Shown piece by piece: positions 17,421-26,737 of a stretch of DNA of 64,000 nucleotides. Source of the DNA: Acidimicrobiales bacterium (lineage in GTDB: Bacteria; Actinomycetota; Acidimicrobiia; Acidimicrobiales; JAJPHD01); assembly GCA_050744225.1 (NCBI GenBank), contig JBOGGT010000134.1, forward strand, positions 4,401 to 68,400, given 5' to 3'. A program made the position numbers and the translations under genes. Each line of letters begins with the position of its first letter. Within the stretch, counting starts at the first letter, position 1. Below the pieces are notes generated by a model. The model had not been told where the DNA came from, made no database searches, and worked only from the letters and a program-made list of their open reading frames with translations.

Positions 17421-19415
17421 CTAGCCGGTAGGCAGTCGGAGCCGGCCGGCGGCAGCGAGGCGATCGGCCAGCGCGCCCGGCAGCACCCACAGCGCCAGCC
17501 CGGTGCTATTGCCCTGGACCACCTCCCGAGCCCCCGGCAGTGAAGCGCTCAGGTCCGCCACCGAGCTCACCACCTCCTCCGAACACGGCCGGCCCCCGCC
17601 CGCCGAGCTGAACGGGGCGAAGGACTGGGTGGGGTCGTAGAGGCGGTAGTTGAAGTAGCTGAACCCGGCTTGGGGCGAGGGTGAGGTGGTGTCGAAGCCC
17701 ACACAGGTGGCCGTCGCGCCGAAGCCGGTGCGCAGGCTCACCAGGGTCGACGGGATCACCCCCTCCCCCGCGGCGGAGCGCGACTGGGCTGCGAGGTCGC
17801 CGAGCCCGGCGGCGGTGGACGGGATGAAAGAGGACACGGCGATTGTCGCGGCGAGGAGGAGATTACTGAACCCGAAGGCCAGCGCGACGAGGACCAGGAC
17901 CCCCGCGCCGTAGCCGGCGAGCGGCAACAGGCTGATCGAGGGGTGCGTTCCGCTTTGAAGTTGAGCCCCTGCCGCCAGGATGTTCGTGGCCTGGGGCGTC
18001 CCGTGGAGGACCCCCCCTCGCGCCGCGGCCACCGCCCCGGCGGTGATCCCCAGCGCCGCCAGCCCGCCGAGCACCGTCCAGCCGACCGCGTGCGAGGGCC
18101 TGCTCGGTCGGGCGTGCCCGCGAGCCGGGCCCCGAGCGCGCCGGCGGGCCAGGTCAACCCCGGCCAGGGCGCCAGCCACCAGGACCGGAGCGAGCACCGC
18201 CTCGTTGTAGCGGCCGTAGAGGGTGATGTCGAGGCGCCCCGCGCCGCTGGTGCCGAGGCCCACCACCGAGGTGGCACCCATGACGAGCGAGGTGACGGCG
18301 ATGAGGGCCAGGGTGGACCGGCGGGCTGCGTCACCCAGGGGCTGCGACCCTTTTGAGCGGGCGTCGGGCGCACGGGAGCCGGGGAGTCGGGCGCCATGAT
18401 CAGCCCGGCGAGGTCGGGCCAGACCCAGCACGGCACGGGCGAGGGAAGGGGCCGCCAGCACCACCAGGCCCGCGGTCACCGCCAGCAGGTAGACGAGCTG
18501 TCCTGCGGTGTTCACCCCCAGGTGTGCCAGGCCGTGCGCATTGAGCTCGTGGCCCAGGGCGGCGACCAGGCCGCCCGAGTTGCTGGAGCCGCCCCTGGTC
18601 ACGTAGCCGATCACCAGCTCCGAGACCGCCAGACCCGCCACCAGGCCGCCGGTGAGGGCCCCGAGCGTGGCGATGCTCCTGCGCCGGCTCCAGGCGTGGG
18701 CCCCCTGGGAGAGGGCCACCCAGCCCCCGACGAGGGCTACCGCCACGGTGATCGCCAGCGCGGAGGGGTGCACCATATAGACGGTGCCGCCGACGAGGCC
18801 CAGCCCGGCCCACGTCGGCGCTGCCGGGAGGCCCGCGGAGCGTTTTGCAAACGCCCGGTGAGCCAGGATGCAGGTCGCGAGGTAAGCCGGGATCAGCAGG
18901 TTCTCGGACTCCACGATATTCCCGAACAGCAGATACGATGGGTAGGCCGCCACCACGAGCGCGACGGTCGCACGGTAGGAGGGTCGGACCGCCGGTGCCA
19001 GCCTGCCGGCGAGCACGTAGGCCAACCAGGCGCTGATCGCCGCCAGGCCAGTGTTGATCGCCAGGGCACCGTGGTAGACGGTGGCGGTCACCTGCGATGC
19101 CCACCACAGGGGCATTAGCAGGAGGCTGTAGCCGGGGTAGTAGCTTCCAGCGCCGCAGACCACCGTGCAGGCCGCGGTCGCCGGCCGGGGGCCCCCCAGG
19201 GCCAGGAAGTGGGCCCCGTAGAGGTAACCGAACTCGTCCGCCTCAACGATGGGTGCGCGCATGTGGCCCGCCAGCCAGACATGGACCAGCGCCACCGCCA
19301 CGACCACGACCAGCGGCGCGGCTACCCGCTCGAAGGTGCCTGAGTCGCTGGGGTTTCGCGCGGCGGGAGCCTTTGCCGCCCGGTCGGGCCGGGGATCCAC
19401 GACCGCGTTCCTCAC
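17421..19415 (-). CDS. large polytopic membrane protein, GT-C-like glycosyltransferase candidate
   Basis: 664 aa with more than 12 TM helices. An acidic first-loop motif (VEADEFGYLYGAHF) is reminiscent of GT-C enzymes. GTG start. Confidence 0.55.
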   Translation of the reverse strand: MRNAVVDPRPDRAAKAPAARNPSDSGTFERVAAPLVVVVAVALVHVWLAGHMRAPIVEADEFGYLYGAHFLALGGPRPATAACTVVCGAGSYYPGYSLLLMPLWWASQVTATVYHGALAINTGLAAISAWLAYVLAGRLAPAVRPSYRATVALVVAAYPSYLLFGNIVESENLLIPAYLATCILAHRAFAKRSAGLPAAPTWAGLGLVGGTVYMVHPSALAITVAVALVGGWVALSQGAHAWSRRRSIATLGALTGGLVAGLAVSELVIGYVTRGGSSNSGGLVAALGHELNAHGLAHLGVNTAGQLVYLLAVTAGLVVLAAPSLARAVLGLARPRRADHGARLPGSRAPDARSKGSQPLGDAARRSTLALIAVTSLVMGATSVVGLGTSGAGRLDITLYGRYNEAVLAPVLVAGALAGVDLARRRARGPARGHARPSRPSHAVGWTVLGGLAALGITAGAVAAARGGVLHGTPQATNILAAGAQLQSGTHPSISLLPLAGYGAGVLVLVALAFGFSNLLLAATIAVSSFIPSTAAGLGDLAAQSRSAAGEGVIPSTLVSLRTGFGATATCVGFDTTSPSPQAGFSYFNYRLYDPTQSFAPFSSAGGGRPCSEEVVSSVADLSASLPGAREVVQGNSTGLALWVLPGALADRLAAAGRLRLPTG

Positions 19416-19575
19416 CCCTCCAGCTTGCCACGAACCGCCTCAGGGGCGGCAACCCCTTCGACTGGATCTCCAAGGCCCCAACTCGACCAAGATCGGGACA
19501 AGGCCAGGATCCCGATGAACGCCGAAGCACTACACTTGGCGGAATCCAAGTGCTGCCAAGGAGGAGGAGATTTTT

Positions 19576-19809
19576 GTGGCCGCAGTTGAGACCTCGAAGG
19601 TTTCGCCTTCCGGACAGATGTCCCTGCCAGCGGCCGCTCGCCACCGGTGGTCCCTTGAAGGCGGCGGACACGTGGAAGTGATCGACCTCGGCTTTGCGAT
19701 TCTCACCGTCCCTGCCGGGCAGGCAGCCAGGCTCATCGACGAGGTCCTACCCGCGCAAGCCCACTACGAGCTCCTCGCCATCGAAACCGACCCCGACCTC
19801 ATTAGCTGA
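19576..19809 (+). CDS. AbrB/MazE/SpoVT-family antitoxin-like protein
   Basis: The GTG start follows AAGGAGGAGG by 8 nt. SpoVT-AbrB-type N-terminus (VSPSGQMSLPAAARHRW). Confidence 0.7.
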   Translation: MAAVETSKVSPSGQMSLPAAARHRWSLEGGGHVEVIDLGFAILTVPAGQAARLIDEVLPAQAHYELLAIETDPDLIS

Positions 19810-20014
19810 TTGGCAAACTTAGCTTGATCAGTGCCGCCCGGCGAAGCACCGGTGCTCTGTTTGGACAGTTCCGGACAGGTACCGAAAGTGCCGCGGTCAC
19901 CGCCGGGCTCATGACCTTGCCCACCGAGATCGTCAGCCCGGGAGTCCGCGCTTCTGCCAAGGCGCTTGGCCTCGATTACGCCGCCATTCCCCACGGACAA
20001 ATTCCCCGCTGACA

Positions 20015-21157
20015 ATGCGCGTACTTCACCTCACGTCCTCCTTCCCACGCTGGCCCGAGGACCCGGTCGCACCCTTCCTCTTGGACCTCGCCCGGGCTCA
20101 GGCAGCCGCAGGGATCGAGGTCCACGTGCTCGCCCCCCACGACGCCGGGCTGCCCCGCGTGGAGCGCTGGGGCGGGGTAAGCGTCCACCGCTTCTTCTAT
20201 GCCCCCGCCCCGCTGGAGCGCCTCGCCTACCGGGGCGGGATGCTCAGTGCGGCCACAGGGTCGCGAGCCGGCGCGGCCCTGGTGCCCGGGCTTGCGGGAT
20301 CTTTCACCGCCGCTGCGGTGGCCGCGGCTCGCCGCCTGGCGCCCGACGTCATCCACGCCCACTGGTGGTTCCCCGCCGGCGCGGCCGGGGTGCTCGCCGG
20401 CGCGGCCACCCACACCCCGTGCGTCATCACCCTCCACGGGAGCGATGTGCACCTCATGGGGAGGCCCGGGTGGGCGCTGGCTGCCCGAGCTGTGCTCGGG
20501 CGCGCAGCCGCGGTGGTAGGTGTATCAGCGGCCCTGGCCGCCGAAGCGGCCAGGGCCTGGGGCGTCCCGGTAGCCCGCGTCGGCGTGGCCAGGATGCCGG
20601 TGGCCGTCCCGGCCCCCGGTCTCCTGGCCACCCCTTTCCCCCCTCACCCCCCCATCCTGCTCGTCTTCGTCGGCCGCCTGGTCCCGGAAAAGGGTCTCGA
20701 CGTATTGTTGAAGGCTATTGACCGCGCCTTCAGAGGTGATCTCGATCTACACCTGAACGTTATAGGAGAAGGTCCGCAAAAGGCTGAGCTCCAAAGGCTC
20801 GCCGCGCCCCTGGGAGAGCGGGTCAGCTGGGCCGGGGTGCTGCCTCGCGCCGAGGTGGGCAGGGCGTTGGTCGCAGCTCACTGCCTGGTGGTTCCAAGCC
20901 GGCGTGAGGGACTCGGCCTGGTTGCCCTGGAGGCCCTCGCCCACGGCCGGCCGGTGATCGTCAGCCGGGTCGGGGGTCTGGCGGAGGTGGTCGCCGACGG
21001 CGTGGACGGGATCCTGGTCGCGCCGGGCGATGAGGTCGCCCTGGCGGGCGCCCTCATGCGCCTCCCCCTCGGCCCACCCACCGGCGAGATGGTCGGAGCC
21101 CACCGCCCAGAGGCGGTGGCCTCCGACCATCTCGCCCTCTACGCCAGCGTCCTCTGA
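20015..21157 (+). CDS. glycosyltransferase family 4 (GT-B, group 1)
   Basis: MRVLHLTSSFPRWPED...; C-terminal ...FVGRLVPEKG...VVPSRREGLGLVALEALAHGRPVIVSRVGGLAEVV (EX7E region). Confidence 0.85.
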   Translation: MRVLHLTSSFPRWPEDPVAPFLLDLARAQAAAGIEVHVLAPHDAGLPRVERWGGVSVHRFFYAPAPLERLAYRGGMLSAATGSRAGAALVPGLAGSFTAAAVAAARRLAPDVIHAHWWFPAGAAGVLAGAATHTPCVITLHGSDVHLMGRPGWALAARAVLGRAAAVVGVSAALAAEAARAWGVPVARVGVARMPVAVPAPGLLATPFPPHPPILLVFVGRLVPEKGLDVLLKAIDRAFRGDLDLHLNVIGEGPQKAELQRLAAPLGERVSWAGVLPRAEVGRALVAAHCLVVPSRREGLGLVALEALAHGRPVIVSRVGGLAEVVADGVDGILVAPGDEVALAGALMRLPLGPPTGEMVGAHRPEAVASDHLALYASVL

Positions 21158-21223
21158 CCCTCCGAACTGTGGTACTTCCCTCGTCTTTCAGGAGGGACCA
21201 CCGGGTTGAGCCCCGAAAGGCCC

Positions 21224-22477
21224 CTACGGCTGGGTGGAGTGAGTGCCCGAGAACGTCGAGGCATCGGTGCCCGTTCCAGAGGGCGCGGTGCCCGATCCGG
21301 ATGAATCGGCCCCAGCCCCGGATGACCCGACTACCCCTCCTCTGGAGCCGGCACCGGTAGCCAGGCCACCTGTTGCCAGGCCACCTGTTGCCAGCCCAGC
21401 GGTTTCCAGCGCACTGGTTGCCAGATTGCCAGTGACGGCGCTGGTGGAGCCAGGGCAGGTGGTACCGGGCGTAACCGGCTGCGTGGTCGAGGTGGTGTCG
21501 GTGGTGGAGCTGGTAGGACTGGAGGTCGTCGACAGTGTGTCACCGCCGAGCGGGGTGCCTCCAAATTGGGTGCCCCCGAGGGTGGCAAGGCCACCGGGGA
21601 ACTTGGGCGTCTTGGCCGCGACGCGCCCAACTACCGGCAATCCGAAGGTGGTGCTGGTCGTAGTGGTGGTGCTGGACGTGGTGGTGGTGCTCGACGTGGT
21701 GGTGGTGCTCGACGGAGTACAGGCGCCGGAGCCGGTGTCGCCCAAAACTGCCGGAGGCGCAGAGGCGGGGGTCGAAGTCGGGCTGGTGGAGGTCGAGGTC
21801 GGGGTCCCCAGTGTCGTGGTCGTCGCAGCATCCTTGTAAGAGGTCACGGTCTGTTTTAGCTGGTCGATCTCGGCGGCCTGGGAGGCCACCTGGGCGGCGA
21901 GGGATCCACCCTGGTTGCCGGAGCTCCCTGAGGGCGGTGTAGCCGGCAGCTGGGCCGCGGCGGAAGCCGTGGTTGCCTTGGCCTGTTCGAGCAGCTGCTT
22001 CGCCTTGGCGGGTTGCCCGGCGGCCAGCGCCTGGTCCGCCTGGCTGATCTGGACACTCGCCAGCCTGATCTTGGTCACCGCGGTGGCAATGTTGGTGCTG
22101 TTGATCCCGCCAGTGCCGCCTGAGCCGGTCACCCCCGACCAGGCCGCGGCACCGATCACCGCTGCAGCTACTGCCCCGGCGCTGGACAGGGCCAGGCGGG
22201 CGCCCGCCGGCATGGAGCGCCACGGGCCACGCCCGTGCAGGGCCGAGGTGGCCACCCGCAGCGCCACCAGACCATCCTCGGGCGCCTCGGGGCAATCATC
22301 AACCGCCAGGCGCAGTCCAGCGGCCACCGCAAGGGCCCCATTGAGCTCGTCAGACGCGGACCAGCCATGGGGATCGTCAATCTCGCGGTCCAAGCGGGCC
22401 GCCCGGGCCTGGTCCTCGCGCGACGACCACGACGAGGCCCCGGTGGGGCTCACCAGATGCGGGTGCCAGCCGGTCAT
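21224..22477 (-). CDS. putative anti-sigma factor / membrane protein with Thr/Ser-rich extracytoplasmic region
   Basis: Its start overlaps the ECF sigma stop (4 nt). It has one TM (LALSSAGAVAAAVIGAAAW), a coiled-coil stretch, then T/S-rich low complexity with tandem repeats. The role is assigned by position only. Confidence 0.45.
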   Translation of the reverse strand: MTGWHPHLVSPTGASSWSSREDQARAARLDREIDDPHGWSASDELNGALAVAAGLRLAVDDCPEAPEDGLVALRVATSALHGRGPWRSMPAGARLALSSAGAVAAAVIGAAAWSGVTGSGGTGGINSTNIATAVTKIRLASVQISQADQALAAGQPAKAKQLLEQAKATTASAAAQLPATPPSGSSGNQGGSLAAQVASQAAEIDQLKQTVTSYKDAATTTTLGTPTSTSTSPTSTPASAPPAVLGDTGSGACTPSSTTTTSSTTTTSSTTTTTSTTFGLPVVGRVAAKTPKFPGGLATLGGTQFGGTPLGGDTLSTTSSPTSSTTDTTSTTQPVTPGTTCPGSTSAVTGNLATSALETAGLATGGLATGGLATGAGSRGGVVGSSGAGADSSGSGTAPSGTGTDASTFSGTHSTQP

Positions 22478-23307
22478 CGGGCGATCTTCCGAGCCAGGGA
22501 CTCCAGTGCCCGCATCTGCTGCATCCGCACCGCCCCGGCGCGCTTGTTGACGATGCGACCGACCTCCTCCGCCGATAGGCCAGCACAGACCCGCAGCCAG
22601 ACCACCTCACGGTCGTCCGGAGCAAGGCTGTCCAGCGCGGCGCGAGCCTCCGCTGCGCTTTCGAGGGCGATCATCGCCTCCTCAGCTCCTGTCTCAAAGA
22701 GATCCGGCTGCTCGTCGGTGTAGCCAACCGGCTGGACCCGGCTGCGCGCCCGGATCCGGTCGATGGCCACGTTTCGGGCGATGCGGTACAGCCAGGCACG
22801 GAAGGCCGGCCCGTCCCCCCTGAAAGAAGCCGCCTTCTCGATGCTGCGCAAGAAGGTCTCCGAAAGGGCCTCGCTGGCATCGTCGACGTCGTGGAGGCGC
22901 AGCACCAAGAAGCCCATGAGGGGCTTCCCGTATGCCAGATAAGCTGCTTCCCACGCATCCCGGTCTCCTCGCTTGGCGGCCTCCACGGTCGCTGCATCCA
23001 ACTCCGGCTGAACTCGCCTCTCCCTGCATGTATGACGAGGTTCAGGTGGCGATGTCACATCCGGGCCGGACCCCGGCGCAACAGACCCCGGCGCAACAGA
23101 CCCCGGCGCAACAGACCCGGGCGGCGCGGCTGACCCCGCGGCGGCGGACGGGGGCGCGACCGGAGACCCTATCGAGCCCCTACCCGATCTGTCCGGCCCC
23201 TGAAAGTCCAAGTCGCCCTCCGATGGCTTGGTCCTGACGCCCGGCTGGCGCCCTAGCTGCGGGACCGCGGCCCCGGTCTGTTCGGTCTCAGCGGCCATGC
23301 TACCCAC
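22474..23307 (-). CDS. ECF-type RNA polymerase sigma-70 factor with ~100-aa N-terminal extension
   Basis: Region 2 (AWEAAYLAYGKPLMGFL...AFRAWLYRIARNVAIDRIR) and region 4 (DDREVVWLRVCAGLSAEEVGRIVNKRAGAVRMQQMRALESL). The start is uncertain: only 30 bp separate the called start from the divergent GT2 gene. Confidence 0.8.
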   Translation of the reverse strand: MGSMAAETEQTGAAVPQLGRQPGVRTKPSEGDLDFQGPDRSGRGSIGSPVAPPSAAAGSAAPPGSVAPGSVAPGSVAPGSGPDVTSPPEPRHTCRERRVQPELDAATVEAAKRGDRDAWEAAYLAYGKPLMGFLVLRLHDVDDASEALSETFLRSIEKAASFRGDGPAFRAWLYRIARNVAIDRIRARSRVQPVGYTDEQPDLFETGAEEAMIALESAAEARAALDSLAPDDREVVWLRVCAGLSAEEVGRIVNKRAGAVRMQQMRALESLARKIAR

Positions 23308-23337
23308 GACCGCCGGGCAAGCTACGATTAACCGTCG

Positions 23338-24258
23338 ATGGACCAGGTGAGCAGCTCGACAGGAGCCTCAGTGGAGGTCTCGGTGGTCCTTCCAGTCTAC
23401 AACGAGGCCGGGCACCTCGCCCAGGAGATAGGCAGGATCCGGGCGGCCCTGGAGGAGGCGGGCACGAGCTACGAGATCGTCGTGGTCAACGACGGCTCCA
23501 CCGACGGCTCGGCGGAGACACTGGCGGGGATCGAGGGGATCCGGGTGATCAGCTTCGCCACCAACCGCGGCTCCGGCTCCGCAAGAAAGGTCGGGACCCG
23601 CGCCGCCAGGGGACGGGTGGTGGTATGGACCGACGTGGACATGACCTACCCCAACGACGAGATCCCCCGGCTGATCAAGGAGCTGGAGGGCTACGACCAG
23701 GTGGTCGGCGCCCGGACGTCGGAGCAGGGCACCGCCAAGGCGCTGAGGGTCCCGGCCAAGTGGCTCATCGCCCACCTGGCCAGCTACCTCACCGAGACCC
23801 GCATACCGGACCTCAACTCCGGCCTGCGGGCCTTCAGGCGCGAGGTGGCCCTGCAGTACCTGCACCTGCTGCCGGCGGGCTTCTCCTGCGTGACCACCAT
23901 GACAATGGCCTTTTTGGCCAATGGCTACTCGGTGCGCTACGTGCCCATCGAGTACTCGCCCCGCGCGGGCACCTCCAAGTTCCACTGGTGGGTGGACACA
24001 CGCCGCTACCTGCGCCAGGTCCTGCGCATGGTGCTGATGTACAACCCGCTCAAGGTGTTCATGCCGCTCGGCCTGGCCTTGCTGGGTGTCGGGGTGGCCA
24101 AGCTGGCCTACGACCTGGTCGCCAGCCACTTCCATGTCGCCACCGACACCATCGTGGTGCTGCTGGCGGCGGGGGCGATCATCGTGCTGGGCCTGCTCGC
24201 GGACCTGATAGTGCAGGTCGGCCGGGCACGCGACGAGGTGGACCCGGCCTCCATGTAG
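23338..24258 (+). CDS. glycosyltransferase family 2 (polyprenol-phosphate sugar transferase-like, GtrB/DPM1 type)
   Basis: VSVVLPVYNEAGHL...VVVNDGSTDGS...WTDVDMTYP (DxD), with two C-terminal TM helices. Confidence 0.85.
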   Translation: MDQVSSSTGASVEVSVVLPVYNEAGHLAQEIGRIRAALEEAGTSYEIVVVNDGSTDGSAETLAGIEGIRVISFATNRGSGSARKVGTRAARGRVVVWTDVDMTYPNDEIPRLIKELEGYDQVVGARTSEQGTAKALRVPAKWLIAHLASYLTETRIPDLNSGLRAFRREVALQYLHLLPAGFSCVTTMTMAFLANGYSVRYVPIEYSPRAGTSKFHWWVDTRRYLRQVLRMVLMYNPLKVFMPLGLALLGVGVAKLAYDLVASHFHVATDTIVVLLAAGAIIVLGLLADLIVQVGRARDEVDPASM

Positions 24259-24266
24259 CTCCCGGC

Positions 24267-24701
24267 TCAGACTTCGGTGGGCGGCGCGGCGCGGGTGCTG
24301 AACGAGGCGGTCCAGGCCTCTTCGGTCTCCCCGTCGATGGTCAGGCGCCAGGTGAAGCGGGCGCCGAGGGACAGCGGGATTGGACCCAGGTTCACTGCCA
24401 GGGTCACGTCCACCGGGCTGCCCTCGGGCAGGTCGGTGGGCTTTCCCACCTGGAAGTCGCCCCTCACCTCCACCGGCTGGGGCCCGTCAGCGGTCTCGAC
24501 CATCACCTCTCCCCCGTCGGCGTCCTGAAGGAACAGCTCCCAGTGGTGCGCTGCCTCCACCTCGTGCCACCCCACCTCGATCTTGAGGGCGATGGCGGAG
24601 GGGGTCGGCGACGGCCCGATCACGCTCCAGCCCCCGCCCAGGATGAACAGCTTGCCCTCTGAAACCTGGGCGGCATCGCACAACAGCATGGTTACCTTCA
24701 T
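24267..24701 (-). CDS. hypothetical protein
   Basis: ATG at 24701 (MKVTMLLCDAAQVSEGKLFILGGGW...). Coding-like composition; no family recognised. Confidence 0.5.
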   Translation of the reverse strand: MKVTMLLCDAAQVSEGKLFILGGGWSVIGPSPTPSAIALKIEVGWHEVEAAHHWELFLQDADGGEVMVETADGPQPVEVRGDFQVGKPTDLPEGSPVDVTLAVNLGPIPLSLGARFTWRLTIDGETEEAWTASFSTRAAPPTEV

Positions 24702-24715
24702 GCCGACCAGGCTAG

Positions 24716-25423
24716 TTGATCCGCCAACCCCGGCGCCACCGCTGGAGCGCTGCCCTAACATTAGGGTCGGTGAGCTTCGACCGCCTTTTGAGGAATGATG
24801 CCTACCGTCGCCCCCTGACCACCGCCCTCGAACGTCTGGGGGTCTCAGCAGGCTGGCGTTGCGCGGACATCGGCGCAGGCGGGGGGGATGTCAGCGTCGC
24901 CCTGGCCGAGGTGGTGGGCCGCGAGGGTCGGGTCTACGCGGTCGACAGCGACCCGGCGGCGCGAGACTCCACCGCCAAGGCCGCCGCGGCGGCGTCGGCG
25001 GCCCAGGTGATCGCCATCACCCAGGCGGCGGAGGACCTGTTGCTACCCGAGCCGGTGGACCTGGCGTACTGCAGGTTCTTGCTGGTCCACGTCATCGACC
25101 CGGTGGCGGTGCTGGCCCGGATGGCCGCCTCGACCACCCCGGAGGGTTGGATAGTGGCCCAGGAGCCGATCACCTCCGCCGGCCGTGTCGGTGGGGCTCC
25201 GCTGTCCATGGCCGCAGCACGCCACCCCGACGTGGGCGCGGTACTGCCCGCCCTGGTGCGCGACGCCGGACTGGAGCTGGTCGACGCCTGGGCCGAGTCC
25301 CAGGCCGGCATCGGGCCAGGGCCGGTGGCGGACTACCTCGCCGCCCTGACCGGGATCCACCCCGGCGACGAGCCGGTGGTGCTCCCCCCCCTGGTCACCA
25401 TCCTCGCCCGCCGGCGGGCATAG
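24716..25423 (+). CDS. class I SAM-dependent methyltransferase
   Basis: Motif I: WRCADIGAGGGDVSVALAEVVGREGRVYAVDSDP. The start codon is uncertain. Confidence 0.75.
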   Translation: MIRQPRRHRWSAALTLGSVSFDRLLRNDAYRRPLTTALERLGVSAGWRCADIGAGGGDVSVALAEVVGREGRVYAVDSDPAARDSTAKAAAAASAAQVIAITQAAEDLLLPEPVDLAYCRFLLVHVIDPVAVLARMAASTTPEGWIVAQEPITSAGRVGGAPLSMAAARHPDVGAVLPALVRDAGLELVDAWAESQAGIGPGPVADYLAALTGIHPGDEPVVLPPLVTILARRRA

Positions 25424-25438
25424 CTCGGCCAAACAGCT

Positions 25439-25485
25439 AACTCTGGTAGTTTTGGGCACGTTTTAGGCCCAAAACTACCAGAGTT
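25439..25485. repeat. perfect 19-bp-arm palindrome, GAACTCTGGTAG family (terminator-like position)
   Basis: AACTCTGGTAGTTTTGGGC-acgttttag-GCCCAAAACTACCAGAGTT, between convergent genes ending at 25423 and 25493. Confidence 0.8.
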
Positions 25486-25492
25486 CGCCTCG

Positions 25493-26737
25493 TCACCCAG
25501 ATCCGACGAGGTCCGCGGGGGTCAGCTGCTCGTTGAGCAGACGGGCGAAGCGCGCCGGCGAGCCGCCCACCCAGGCCCGGCACAGCCGGAGTCCCTCCAC
25601 GTAGCAGGTGATGTAGGCCCGCCAGGTCGGGTCGCACAGGAACTCGACCGCTTTGGCGGCCCGCGCCCGGGGAACCAGGGTCCAGCTCGCCAGCTCGTCC
25701 ACCACCACCTCGGGGTCGGCTCCGTCGGAGTGCAGGCGGAAGGCCGCGTTGGCCCGCGCCGCCCCGAGCGTCTCGCCGGCCTCGGCCACCGCCGCCACCA
25801 CCTCGGGGTCGTAGGCGATCCCGAGCGGGCGAAGGTGCTCCGCAATCAGCACCTCGGGTCGCCGGCCCATCACCACCTCCAGGCCCAGGTCGGCCAGGCC
25901 CTCCGCCATCAGGCACTGAGGGGTGCCGACAAGGAACACCGCTTCCTCGAACTGGCCACCCCGGCGCACCAGCCCGACCTCCTTGCGGCAGTGCTCGGTG
26001 TGGTGGCCCGGATAGGCCTCGTGCGCCACCAGGTGCGCCAGGGCGCTGGATAGGACCGGCAGGTCCACGTTCACGGCCACACGGCTGGACAGGTTCCCCA
26101 GGTAGTAGTTGAACCCCGCCCAGGGTCGGTCGCACACCAGCTCGAAGCTGACCCGTTCGCCCTCGGGTAGGCCGAAGATAGCCAGCGTCCGGGCGCGCAG
26201 ATCCTCCGCCAAGGAGGCGATGGCAGACTCCAGCCGGTCGGGCGGCACCGCCAGGGACTCGCGCCAGGCGACGTAGCGAGCCGCCACGGGGCCACTGCCC
26301 GGCACCACTGCGTCCAGGCGGGCGTGCGCCTCGGCGAAGGCGTCTTCGGGGACCCGGTTGGGGCGCACGCCGTAGCAAGCCTCCACCTCGTCGGCGTAGC
26401 TGAGCCGGGTACCGGCGAGGGATGCGGCGGTGGTGAGCAGGCCCACGAGCTGTGAGTGAAGCCAGGCGCGGCGCTGGGGGCTCTCGGGGTGGGTGGGGGT
26501 GCTGGAGGTTTCTACAGAACCTTCGAGCGATCCGACCGAGTCGAGGGGCTCCCCCGCCTCCAGGCGCCCCAGCAGCCCCCGCGCCTCCGCGGCCAACCGC
26601 TCCGGCGATACCGGCGGCTCCGCCAGGACGCGCCGCGCCAGCGGCGCCGGACCGTAGTAGGCGTCCACCAGCCCGTCGATGTGCCGGCCCAGCCGCAGGC
26701 CCAGCTCGACGTAGCCGCCTACCAGCCCCTCATTCAA
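25493..26737 (-). CDS. DUF885 family metallopeptidase-like protein
   Basis: HEAYPGHHTEH motif at the DUF885-typical position. The start overlaps the upstream stop by 8 nt. Confidence 0.7.
   Translation of the reverse strand: MNEGLVGGYVELGLRLGRHIDGLVDAYYGPAPLARRVLAEPPVSPERLAAEARGLLGRLEAGEPLDSVGSLEGSVETSSTPTHPESPQRRAWLHSQLVGLLTTAASLAGTRLSYADEVEACYGVRPNRVPEDAFAEAHARLDAVVPGSGPVAARYVAWRESLAVPPDRLESAIASLAEDLRARTLAIFGLPEGERVSFELVCDRPWAGFNYYLGNLSSRVAVNVDLPVLSSALAHLVAHEAYPGHHTEHCRKEVGLVRRGGQFEEAVFLVGTPQCLMAEGLADLGLEVVMGRRPEVLIAEHLRPLGIAYDPEVVAAVAEAGETLGAARANAAFRLHSDGADPEVVVDELASWTLVPRARAAKAVEFLCDPTWRAYITCYVEGLRLCRAWVGGSPARFARLLNEQLTPADLVGSG

Noticed and set aside
19824-20012. The 62-aa ORF as the VapC/PIN toxin partner of the AbrB-type antitoxin.
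   Set aside because: It is too short (PIN domains are about 130 aa). It lacks the conserved acidic residues and the D..IAA / D.DF motifs that are visible in the PIN remnant at 42599-42808.
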